From Candidatus Saccharimonadales bacterium (GTDB taxonomy: Bacteria > Patescibacteriota > Saccharimonadia > Saccharimonadales > SZUA-47): 64,000 nt of DNA. The stretch is from NCBI GenBank assembly GCA_041737385.1, contig JBGSRU010000005.1, positions 64,128-128,127 of the forward strand. The letters are read 5' to 3'. The position numbers and the translations under genes were made by a program. Below are positions 56,289 to 64,000 of this stretch, piece after piece. A model generated the notes under the pieces. It saw only the letters and a list, made by a program, of their open reading frames with translations. It had not been told where the DNA came from and made no database searches. Numbering within the stretch: position 1 is the first letter of the stretch; every line of letters begins with the position of its first letter.

Positions 56289-57314
56289 TCAGCTCAACGG
56301 AAGGGTGATCGTAAATGTTGAGCCCTTAGGTGAGCTGGTAGCAGTAATTGAGCCGTTATGTGCGTTTACAATTGATTTAGCGACAGACAACCCAATACCA
56401 TAGCCATTTGTCTTGCTCTCGGTTCTTGATTGATCTGCTCTATAAAATCGATCAAAGATATGTGGTAGGTCTTTAGTGCTAATCCCACTACCTTGATCTG
56501 TGACAGAGATCACTACTGACTTATTTTGCGATTTTGTTGCGATTTTGATTGAGGACTTTTCTGGTGAGTATTTGACCGCATTTTCTAGTATCGCGACCAG
56601 CGCCTCTATGATGCTTTCTTCATGTGCATTGACTTTTTTTACCGCTATTTTCCCGACGGTTATTTTCTGGTATTTGTTTTTAGCAAAGGTGTTAGTTCTA
56701 TTTACAGCGCTGTTTATGGTTGTTTCTAGTAAAACAGGTTCTTTCTCAAGTCCACCGTTCTCTATCTGAGCAAGCTGTAGTAACCCCTCTGAAAGAGCAG
56801 TTAGTTTATCAAGTTCTTCTATGTTGCTCTCTAACTGTTTTTTTGCTTGAGCGACGGTTAGTTTTGGCTCGGTTAAAGTTATCTCAGTTTCAACCCGCAT
56901 TGCAGCAATAGGGGTCCTCAGCTCGTGTGACGCATCGGCGGTGAACCTGCTTTGTGCTTCATGTGCATCTTCAATTGGACGGAGCGTCTTACGCGCAAGG
57001 TAATAGCCGCTAAAAGCACCACCTATAGCTATTACGACATTCAGAACAACGAACTGGTATATCAAATTACTGCGTGCGTCTTCTATAGCTTGGTCTTGAA
57101 CATCACGTAACTCTTGCGCGAAGCGATTGTTCTCCCTACGCAATAATTGCTCGACAGGTCCGGGCACTCGAAGAACACTTGATCGTATTTCACTGATAGA
57201 GACGTTGTAGAGCCAAAAACTAAAAGTTAGACTTATAATCACTGTAATGATCATATAAGCTGTGGCTAGTTTAATTGAGGCATTGTGGTAGATATTTGAT
57301 TTCTTGTTATGCAT
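56289..57314 (-). CDS. sensor histidine kinase
   Basis: Two TM helices, H-box ADASHELRTPIAAM, HATPase_c (ENAVKYS, DQGSGI, GYGIGLSV). The likely start at 57314 overlaps the response-regulator stop. Confidence 0.85.
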   Translation of the reverse strand: MHNKKSNIYHNASIKLATAYMIITVIISLTFSFWLYNVSISEIRSSVLRVPGPVEQLLRRENNRFAQELRDVQDQAIEDARSNLIYQFVVLNVVIAIGGAFSGYYLARKTLRPIEDAHEAQSRFTADASHELRTPIAAMRVETEITLTEPKLTVAQAKKQLESNIEELDKLTALSEGLLQLAQIENGGLEKEPVLLETTINSAVNRTNTFAKNKYQKITVGKIAVKKVNAHEESIIEALVAILENAVKYSPEKSSIKIATKSQNKSVVISVTDQGSGISTKDLPHIFDRFYRADQSRTESKTNGYGIGLSVAKSIVNAHNGSITATSSPKGSTFTITLPLS

Positions 57315-57990
57315 TTTTATCCCCAAAATAATAACCAAAACCGCGCCGTGTGTTGATTAGGTTTGGCAAGTCGGGGAAGGCCTTGTCTATCTTGTTTCGT
57401 AAGTAGCCAATATATACTTCGATAGTGTTTGGGAGTATTTCTGAGTCGTAGTCCCAGACATGCTGCATGATATGATCTTTTGTTGTTATGCGTCCATCTT
57501 GCATCATTAGGTACTCTAACAGCGCAAACTCCTTGGCGGTCAATTCGATGTTCTTACCTGATCTTTTTGCGACAAAACTATCTCGGTCTAACTCGACGCC
57601 ACTAGATTCGATACTCGTTTCGATTGATTCTTGCGGACGACGAAGCAATGCGCGTACACGAGCTATGAGCTCTACAAACGCGAACGGTTTAATAAGATAG
57701 TCATCGGCGCCTGAATTAAGACCTTCGGCGCGGTCGAGCACCTTATCTTTTGCGGTAAGCATCAACACCGGAGTATGGATTGAAGACTCTCGCAGGGTCT
57801 TCAATATTTGCATGCCGTCAGTGTTTGGGAGCATACGGTCAAGAATGATTAGGTCGTAGGGCTCAGTTGTGGCCATAGCAAGACCGCTGTCACCTTCGTA
57901 ACTTACATCAACCGCATAACTTTGACGTTCTAGGCCACGCTTCAGCGCATTAGCAATTTTATGATCATCTTCTACGATTAGTATCCTCAT
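57307..57990 (-). CDS. OmpR-family response regulator
   Basis: Receiver (MRILIVEDD..ILDRMLP) plus winged helix (RRGFGYYF). Confidence 0.9.
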   Translation of the reverse strand: MRILIVEDDHKIANALKRGLERQSYAVDVSYEGDSGLAMATTEPYDLIILDRMLPNTDGMQILKTLRESSIHTPVLMLTAKDKVLDRAEGLNSGADDYLIKPFAFVELIARVRALLRRPQESIETSIESSGVELDRDSFVAKRSGKNIELTAKEFALLEYLMMQDGRITTKDHIMQHVWDYDSEILPNTIEVYIGYLRNKIDKAFPDLPNLINTRRGFGYYFGDKNA

Positions 57991-58194
57991 TTGGTAGCTT
58001 CCTTAGCTCATAGCATAATTTTTGTAAGTATCTTATCGGATAAAACACCTGTTTTATCACTCACCATGTCTTCAGACATGCTTCATTTAAAGAACAGAAG
58101 TTTTATCTCAATAACCTAGCTTCCAAAAATCACACTTTGAACTGAGGAAGCTACCTATTAGTATACGTGTGAAGCTGAGAATAACTTGAAAAAC

Positions 58195-58225
58195 AAAAAC
58201 GCTCCGATTTCTCAGAGCGTTTTTT
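58195..58225. terminator. bidirectional intrinsic terminator downstream of the RRM gene
   Basis: AAAAACGCTC / GAGCGTTTTT with a 10-nt loop. Confidence 0.65.
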
Positions 58226-58246
58226 GTGATTTTTCTTATAAAAGAA

Positions 58247-58498
58247 TTATCTTTGTTCGCGTTCGCGAGCTTCGCTGACATGAATTGTGCGTCCGCCCAA
58301 TTCTTTGCCATCTAGGCCATCGACTGCTGCTTTACCTTCGTCGTTTGAATCGAATTCTACGAATCCGAATCCACGAGAACGGCCAGTTTCACGGTCTGTG
58401 ATAACTTTAGCGCTTGAAACAGTACCAAAAGCTGCGAATGCTTCGCTTAGCTCTTCGTCTGTTGTTGAAAAGGGTAGACCCCCAACAAATAGTTTCAT
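58247..58498 (-). CDS. RRM-domain RNA-binding protein
   Basis: RNP2 KLFVGGL and RNP1 RGFGFVEF. Confidence 0.9.
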   Translation of the reverse strand: MKLFVGGLPFSTTDEELSEAFAAFGTVSSAKVITDRETGRSRGFGFVEFDSNDEGKAAVDGLDGKELGGRTIHVSEAREREQR

Positions 58499-58672
58499 GA
58501 TGTAATTGTTACTTTCCTCTTAATATCTTTGCAGATCGACCAGTTTAGCGAGGATGTTGTAACGTTGATTGTTCTAATTCTCAAGTACTTTTCTCTCATT
58601 TATTAACTCTTGCACTTATAATTAAACCACAAAAAGAATAAAACAACTAATCAATTAACACTTAAAATATAG

Positions 58673-60070
58673 TTAGCGGCATTTAATTTTAGCAGCGCAG
58701 AGTCGAACAGCTTGGCTCCAAGTTGGATATGCGTGCATCGTGTAGTCGATTTTGCTGGCTTTCATGCGCCATTGAACGGCCATTGTTAGCTCTTGTATCA
58801 TCTCACCAGCGCGTGGAGCAACAACTGAAGCACCGAGGATTCGACCTTTTTTGTCTGCAAGTATCTTCACGAAACCTGTATCTTCTTGGCTGGTATTTGC
58901 TCTTCCGATGATGCTAGTAGGTAGTGCGGCAACTTGGTATTTGGCGCTCTTGGTTTTTAGCTCGGCTTCAGTTGCACCTACAGCTGCAAATTCAGGATCG
59001 ACAAATACACAACGGGGAACGGCGCGGTAGTCAGCAACGTGTTTTAGCGTACTAAACATATTATGACCTGCTATTCGACTTTCATAACTGGCAACATGTG
59101 TGAACATATAGCCACCTGTGACGTCACCAGCTGCGTAGATGTGTGGATTAGATGTTTGCATATGCCCATCGACTGTTATTCCACGGCGCGGGTCATAATC
59201 AACTTTTGCATTCTCAAGTCCAAGGTCTGTGTTGGGCACCTTACCAGCTGCAAGCAGCACTTCATCGACTGTAATTTTGGATACTTTACCTAGCTTCTCG
59301 AAACTGACAACTTTCTGGCTACCTTTTTTCTCGACTTTAACAACCCTAGACTCAACATGTACACTGACACCATTATTCTCAAAAATTGCTTGCAAAAGCT
59401 CGCTCATTTCTTCGTCTTCTCGAGCCATGAGGCGAGGTGCGAACTCCATAAGATGTACTTCTGTACTAAAGCTTGAGAAGTAGTGTGTAAACTCTGAGCC
59501 AATCGCTCCACCACCAATGACACATAGTTTCTTAGGAAGCTTCGTAAGTTCAAGCGCTTCTCGGTAGCCAATATAACCAGCTTCTTTAAGCCCGGGTATC
59601 GGCGGCACAAGATCGTGTGTGCCAGTCGCAATTAAAAACTGATGTGCTGTATGTCTCTTGCCGTTTACGCTAAGTGTCCATGGATCGATAAAGTGGGCAT
59701 GACCACTAATTACGGCTATACCGTCTGATTGATATGCAGCTTTGCCTTCTTCAGTACCGGTGTTTTTAACAGCTTGGTCTTTCCATGATTTTATGGCAAC
59801 AAAATCAGCTTTTGGCGCATTTACTTCAATCCCAAAATTATGAGCATGTTTGATCGTCGTAAAAGTTTCGGCTGCTTGTAAGATTGCTTTTGTCGGGACG
59901 CAACCGTAGTTAGGACACTCACCACCTAATTTTTCTTGTTCAATAACTGCTACACGTTTGCCTTTGGCAGCCGCCATGTGTGCTGCAACACCACCACCAG
60001 CGCCAGTACCTATGACGATAAGATCATATTCAGGATGAGTCGGTTTTTTAGGGTTTGTTTTATAAGCCAT
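58673..60070 (-). CDS. class I FAD-dependent pyridine nucleotide-disulfide oxidoreductase (Lpd/GR/MerA-like)
   Basis: GTGAGGG FAD motif, redox disulfide GGECPNYGCVPTK, second GGGAIG NAD motif, HAYPT dimer-interface motif, extra C-terminal CAAKIKC. Confidence 0.8.
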   Translation of the reverse strand: MAYKTNPKKPTHPEYDLIVIGTGAGGGVAAHMAAAKGKRVAVIEQEKLGGECPNYGCVPTKAILQAAETFTTIKHAHNFGIEVNAPKADFVAIKSWKDQAVKNTGTEEGKAAYQSDGIAVISGHAHFIDPWTLSVNGKRHTAHQFLIATGTHDLVPPIPGLKEAGYIGYREALELTKLPKKLCVIGGGAIGSEFTHYFSSFSTEVHLMEFAPRLMAREDEEMSELLQAIFENNGVSVHVESRVVKVEKKGSQKVVSFEKLGKVSKITVDEVLLAAGKVPNTDLGLENAKVDYDPRRGITVDGHMQTSNPHIYAAGDVTGGYMFTHVASYESRIAGHNMFSTLKHVADYRAVPRCVFVDPEFAAVGATEAELKTKSAKYQVAALPTSIIGRANTSQEDTGFVKILADKKGRILGASVVAPRAGEMIQELTMAVQWRMKASKIDYTMHAYPTWSQAVRLCAAKIKCR

Positions 60071-60082
60071 AATTTCTTCTTT

Positions 60083-60352
60083 CTACCAGACTACCCGGTG
60101 ATGTAAGTACATGTATGCCGCGTCTGGGTGGTAAGCCTTCAAATGAGCCGCTGCAGTATGTCGTATATCATTACTGGTTACTTCGTATTTTTTCTCTATC
60201 CATAGCGCCATATCTTTGGATACTTTGTCAGCAATGAGTTCAGCACTCCCACTTGGTTCTCTGACTGATTGACAAGCTGAGAAAATGCTGGCGTATAGTT
60301 TTCGATCCTCGTAAAGTTCGTTATGACCAGCTCGTTTTACAATATGTTTCAT
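60083..60352 (-). CDS. stand-alone ATP-cone domain protein
   Basis: 89 aa. IVKRAGHNELYEDRKLYASI... matches the ATP-cone pattern (V.KRDG..E.F...K...S). Confidence 0.6.
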   Translation of the reverse strand: MKHIVKRAGHNELYEDRKLYASIFSACQSVREPSGSAELIADKVSKDMALWIEKKYEVTSNDIRHTAAAHLKAYHPDAAYMYLHHRVVW

Positions 60353-60355
60353 AGG

Positions 60356-61060
60356 TTATCCAAAGTTTATTGTGCCATTGGCAATTAGTATTAAAATCCA
60401 GCCTAGCGAGACGAGTAGTAAGCCCATAAATAGTCGCATAGTACCCTTAGAGTCTTCTTTCCACTTGCTGACATCACTTATCTTTGTCCCAGAAACAATC
60501 ATTCCTAAAATAACGATTAGCGGAGCGACAAATATCAGGTTATAGAGCAACATAAGTCCAAAAGCAATGAGGTTGAAATCTATTCTCAGTATCGTGATGA
60601 TAGCAAGGTAAGGCGCACCAGTACAAGGTAGCTCAACTGCTGCAACAAAAGCTCCAAGAAGCATAACCCCCCACAAGCTTTGTTGTTGAGTCGACCAGTC
60701 ATGAATTTTGTTCGCATACTTAGTAGGAATTTGTAGAGAGAACCCTTTCCCGTACCAGAAGAAATCTTTTATTTCTAAGATACCGGCGCCGATAACAAGT
60801 AGCCCGACAGCGATACTCAAGTATTCAGCAATGACAATAGGTATCGCTGAGAAGAAGTATACGAGCCCAAGTCCGGCTATCAAGTAAGTAGCAAAAATTG
60901 CGAAGATGTAGGCTGAGCCCACTTTTAGTAGTCGCGCAGGTGAACCACCTTGACCAAGTACAACAGAAACCATGAGGATGAGCACACCTATTGCACAAGG
61001 GTTGATAGAGTCAATAGCTGCTGAACCGATGACGAGTCCAAGTGTTGGTAAATCTAACAT
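60356..61060 (-). CDS. CcdA/DsbD-family membrane thiol-disulfide electron transporter
   Basis: Six TM helices with the two conserved Cys (DSINPCAIG and ELPCTGAPY). Confidence 0.8.
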   Translation of the reverse strand: MLDLPTLGLVIGSAAIDSINPCAIGVLILMVSVVLGQGGSPARLLKVGSAYIFAIFATYLIAGLGLVYFFSAIPIVIAEYLSIAVGLLVIGAGILEIKDFFWYGKGFSLQIPTKYANKIHDWSTQQQSLWGVMLLGAFVAAVELPCTGAPYLAIITILRIDFNLIAFGLMLLYNLIFVAPLIVILGMIVSGTKISDVSKWKEDSKGTMRLFMGLLLVSLGWILILIANGTINFG

Positions 61061-61061
61061 A

Positions 61062-62024
61062 TTATAGGTCCTCCAGATTGAACAGTTCGTCTACTGCTTC
61101 ACGTAAATTACTAGTTTCAGACTCGCTGATATTGCACAGTTTAGGGTTGAACTCTGATACACCGAATGACTCACAACGATCTTTATCACGGACACCGAAT
61201 TGCTGACATAATTTATCAGTTCTTGATTTTACTTTGTCGAATTCAACGACAACACAGTCTCCCGGTGGCACTGTTGATTCATCTCTCATGATGTAGCTCG
61301 CAGGATTTTGTAGTTTCGTCTGAGAATATGTATCGTTTTCTTTGTTGAAACTGATGAGAAAGGCTTGCACTTCGGCGTAGCCTTGATCTGAACAGCCGTT
61401 ACCGTTTTGCATTGCAAGTGTTGTTCTCTGTTGACCATCATCATCAGATTTTACGATGAATTTTTGTACTTGTTCTTCATCGCCCGATACAACATCTCCA
61501 TCAACATCGTCTTCGAATATTTGATCGTCGTTTGTCGGGATAACTAGTTCAGAAGCAGATATACTGCCCCCCGTTACTGTCATGAATTTTCCAAGCGACG
61601 CATCTATTTCTTTGTCTATGACGACGCCTTCTAAGTGGATTCTTTTGTCGTCGTGTTCATGGAAAGTGCTCGTTCCGACTTTGTTGCTCAAAAACGCGTA
61701 AGGATCACGGAGCTCAATTTCTTGACCGCATACCCAGAATTCTATATCGGTATGCCAGTGAACCGGACCTTTAGAATCGGACACGGTGTTTAAGACAATG
61801 GTTGATCCAGTCATATAGATAGATGGAACAATTATGGTGATTGCAATTAGGATGAATAGTGGCTTTTTGTACTTATCATTTTTCTTATTTTTATCTTTAA
61901 TTATTCTGGAAGATACAAGAACCAGTGTAATAAGGATCAAACTTGCCACCATAACGGTCTGGATGCTCGTAGACTTTATCTGATCTTCTAAATTACTGTT
62001 CGCTAGCGTCGATAGTAGATTCAT
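61062..62024 (-). CDS. membrane-anchored exported His/Cys-rich protein of unknown function
   Basis: The track ORF (TTG 62105) would leave only 22 bp to the divergent ATPase, so ATG 62024 is preferred. Motifs HWH...HEHDD; 6 Cys in the ectodomain. Confidence 0.5.
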   Translation of the reverse strand: MNLLSTLANSNLEDQIKSTSIQTVMVASLILITLVLVSSRIIKDKNKKNDKYKKPLFILIAITIIVPSIYMTGSTIVLNTVSDSKGPVHWHTDIEFWVCGQEIELRDPYAFLSNKVGTSTFHEHDDKRIHLEGVVIDKEIDASLGKFMTVTGGSISASELVIPTNDDQIFEDDVDGDVVSGDEEQVQKFIVKSDDDGQQRTTLAMQNGNGCSDQGYAEVQAFLISFNKENDTYSQTKLQNPASYIMRDESTVPPGDCVVVEFDKVKSRTDKLCQQFGVRDKDRCESFGVSEFNPKLCNISESETSNLREAVDELFNLEDL

Positions 62025-62127
62025 AATTATTTGTATTGCCCACCCTGTAAATTTTAATTGCTTAAGCTTTAAAATCACTATAACATGGAGCGTATATAGG
62101 AGCAATAAGTAAAAAGGATCAAAAATT

Positions 62128-64000
62128 ATGGGGTGGTTTCAAAAGGACTCAAAACAGGTAGCTAAAGAGCAAACAGTCGCCATTGAGCACGGTCTCAGTT
62201 CAGTTATCGCTAGTCAGAGACTAGAAAAGTTTGGTCCAAACCAGCTTCAGGCAGGCAAAAAGATCAATCCGTTGATGCTATTCCTCGGTCAGTTTAAAGA
62301 CGTGCTGGTTATTATTCTGCTTGTTGCTGCAGTGGTGTCTTGGGGAGTTGGACTAGTTGGGGAGTCTAGCAATAATTCAAATCAGTCTAGTAAGCAAAAT
62401 GAAACCCCTGCTTACTGTGCGTATACTACAAGCGAAGAATGTTTCTCATATGCTATAGCTACAGACTCACAAAAAGAACCAGCAGACGAATCTAGTGAAG
62501 GGGGTCAAGAAGCATTACTTATATTTGCCATTGTTATTGCTATTGCGGTTATTGGGTTCTTTAATGAATACAAAGCCGAAAAAACAGTTGAAGCACTGAA
62601 GAAATTAGTCGGCTCAAAAGCAACAGTTCGCCGTGACGGCAAAACTATTGAAGTTGATGCAGTAGATGTAGTACCTGGTGACATCGTGTTATTAGAAGAA
62701 GGCGCAAAGGTACCGGCAGACCTTAGGCTGGTGCAAGTTCGCAACTTACAGATAAATGAAGCGAGTCTAACAGGCGAAAGCCTGCCGGTTAATAAAAATA
62801 TAGACACGATTGCTAAAAACGTCTCCCTCGGTGATCAGAAAAACATGGCATTCGCCGGCACGTTTGTCACCCAAGGTACCGCCGAAGGTGTGGTCGTCGA
62901 GACTGCTCAGAAAACTGAACTTGGGAAAATTGCTACCTTGGTGAATGACGTTGAAACCGAAGAAACACCAATGCAGAAAAAGCTTGATGATCTTGGCAAG
63001 AAGCTAGGACTACTTATACTTGCCATTTGTGCAGTTGTCTTTGTTATTGTTCTGTTGTTAGTTGATGAAGCTCGGGATAAGGAGTTCGTCGCAAGAATGA
63101 TATTTGCCTTTACTGCAGCGGTTGCACTCGCAGTTGCGGCAATACCTGAAGGATTAGCATTTGTGGTGCGCATATCGCTCGCTCTAGGAGCCCGGCGTAT
63201 GGCAAGCAAAAATGCACTCGTACGCAGATTAAGCGCAGTTGAAGCACTTGGTTCGACGGACGTCATTTGTTCAGACAAAACGGGGACACTAACAAAAGGT
63301 GAGATGACTGTGCGCGACCTTGTCGCAGCTGGCCAATCAATGCAAGCTACTGGTACCGGATACGGACTTGAGGGTGATTTTGAATTAGACGGGAAGAAAG
63401 CGAAGCTTTCTGCGGTACACGAACGATTATTATATATTGGTGCACTTTGTAACAATGCACGCTTAAAAGGAGATATAGTACTTGGCGATCCAACGGAAGG
63501 ATCATTGCTCGTCTCTGCAGGTAAAGCGGGTATGTCATATGAAACGCTCCAAAAAGATAATGCTCGTGTTAACGAAGTACCGTTCACTAGCGACCGTAAA
63601 TTCATGTCCACTGTTCATAAACAAAAAACAGGATTTCTTGTTGCTGCAAAAGGCTCCCTCGAAGCAACGCTGGCTAGATGTACACACATGCTCGATCCAA
63701 AAGGAAAAGTGGTGCGACTTACACCAACTGACAAGCAAGCAATTATTGAACAGAATAATGCGCTCGCCTCGAAGGCGCTGCGAGTATTAGCATTTGCACA
63801 AAAAGAAGTTAAATCTGAGCCAAAATCTGAGAAAGATATAGAAAAAGGCCTTGTGTTCATCGGTTTGCAAGCAATGATGGATCCACCGCGCGAAGAAGTA
63901 ATCGAAGTCATTCACCGTGTGCAAACCGAGGCTGGGATGCGCGTTATCATGATCACCGGAGACTATATTGAGACCGCCAAAGCAGTTGCAAGCGAAATAG
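62128..64000 (+). CDS. P-type cation-transporting ATPase (type II, Ca2+/Mg2+-like), 3'-partial; absent from the ORF track
   Basis: My translation from ATG 62128 is open to the window end. Motifs TGES (LTGESLP), PEGL, phosphorylation site ICSDKTGTLT (about 63265-63294), TGD (MITGDY). Confidence 0.9.
   Translation, partial: MGWFQKDSKQVAKEQTVAIEHGLSSVIASQRLEKFGPNQLQAGKKINPLMLFLGQFKDVLVIILLVAAVVSWGVGLVGESSNNSNQSSKQNETPAYCAYTTSEECFSYAIATDSQKEPADESSEGGQEALLIFAIVIAIAVIGFFNEYKAEKTVEALKKLVGSKATVRRDGKTIEVDAVDVVPGDIVLLEEGAKVPADLRLVQVRNLQINEASLTGESLPVNKNIDTIAKNVSLGDQKNMAFAGTFVTQGTAEGVVVETAQKTELGKIATLVNDVETEETPMQKKLDDLGKKLGLLILAICAVVFVIVLLLVDEARDKEFVARMIFAFTAAVALAVAAIPEGLAFVVRISLALGARRMASKNALVRRLSAVEALGSTDVICSDKTGTLTKGEMTVRDLVAAGQSMQATGTGYGLEGDFELDGKKAKLSAVHERLLYIGALCNNARLKGDIVLGDPTEGSLLVSAGKAGMSYETLQKDNARVNEVPFTSDRKFMSTVHKQKTGFLVAAKGSLEATLARCTHMLDPKGKVVRLTPTDKQAIIEQNNALASKALRVLAFAQKEVKSEPKSEKDIEKGLVFIGLQAMMDPPREEVIEVIHRVQTEAGMRVIMITGDYIETAKAVASEI

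Noticed and set aside
58003-58116. Possibility that the 11-nt inverted repeat flanks a small mobile element (MITE)
   Set aside because: There are no target-site duplications or further copies in the window. One arm is simply the ribosome-binding site of the response-regulator gene, so RNA-level pairing is the simpler reading.
62505-63911. Six listed ORFs (100, 234, 63, 102, 67 and 98 aa) overlapping the region after 62.5 kb
   Set aside because: Five lie antisense to the clearly recognisable P-type ATPase frame (TGES, DKTGT, TGD motifs), and the 102-aa one (63482..63790) is on the + strand but out of frame with it. All are low-complexity Ser/Ala/Thr-rich shadows.
1-64000. CRISPR arrays, rRNA genes, IS transposases, tandem-repeat arrays, and alternative genetic code (UGA recoding as in some candidate phyla)
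   Set aside because: I saw no regularly spaced direct repeats and no 16S/23S/5S-like sequence. There is no transposase-like ORF other than the serine recombinase. Conserved genes terminate at TGA at full expected length (for example the ATGA junctions at 14027 and 23719), so the standard code 11 fits.

Overview
The window is a gene-dense, moderately AT-rich bacterial chromosomal segment with about 70 mostly short genes, many of them translationally coupled (ATGA, GTGA and TAATG overlaps). It uses the standard genetic code. The gene content suggests a reduced-genome, Patescibacteria/Saccharibacteria-like organism (archaeal-type AspRS, many small membrane-anchored hypotheticals, an RRM protein), but this is inference only.

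Recognisable content:
- **Mobile DNA:** a 5'-truncated large serine recombinase whose 3' end runs antisense into tRNA-Asn, marking the edge of an integrated element.
- **tRNAs:** three in total (Asn-GUU, elongator-type Met-CAU, initiator fMet-CAU). The Met and fMet genes are flanked by orphan tRNA fragments.
- **Envelope and transport:** uppP, SIMPL, a DsbA-like protein, fasciclin, MscS, a Kef-type antiporter, CNNM/CBS, TauE, MFS, a MacB-type ABC pair, and a P-type ATPase that is absent from the ORF track because it runs off the 3' edge.
- **Regulation:** two OmpR-type two-component systems, and HxlR with an FMN reductase.
- **Other functions:** nadD, aspS, a MutY-like glycosylase, MazG, HIT, three Nudix genes, a DEAD-box helicase, a RelE/DinJ toxin-antitoxin pair, and a prs-pyrC-pyrD-pyrF-pyrE-pyrB block.

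I saw no rRNA, CRISPR array or transposase.

I found no compelling complete novel multi-gene system. The best leads are:
- the tRNA-Met and tRNA-fMet scar loci, with an unexplained 460-bp structured non-coding region;
- an orphan terminator/leader that hides the SD of an unknown zinc-ribbon gene;
- a duplicated SD-GTGA cassette in front of nadD;
- a four-gene disulfide-reductase / ATP-cone / CcdA / Cys-His exported-protein operon.
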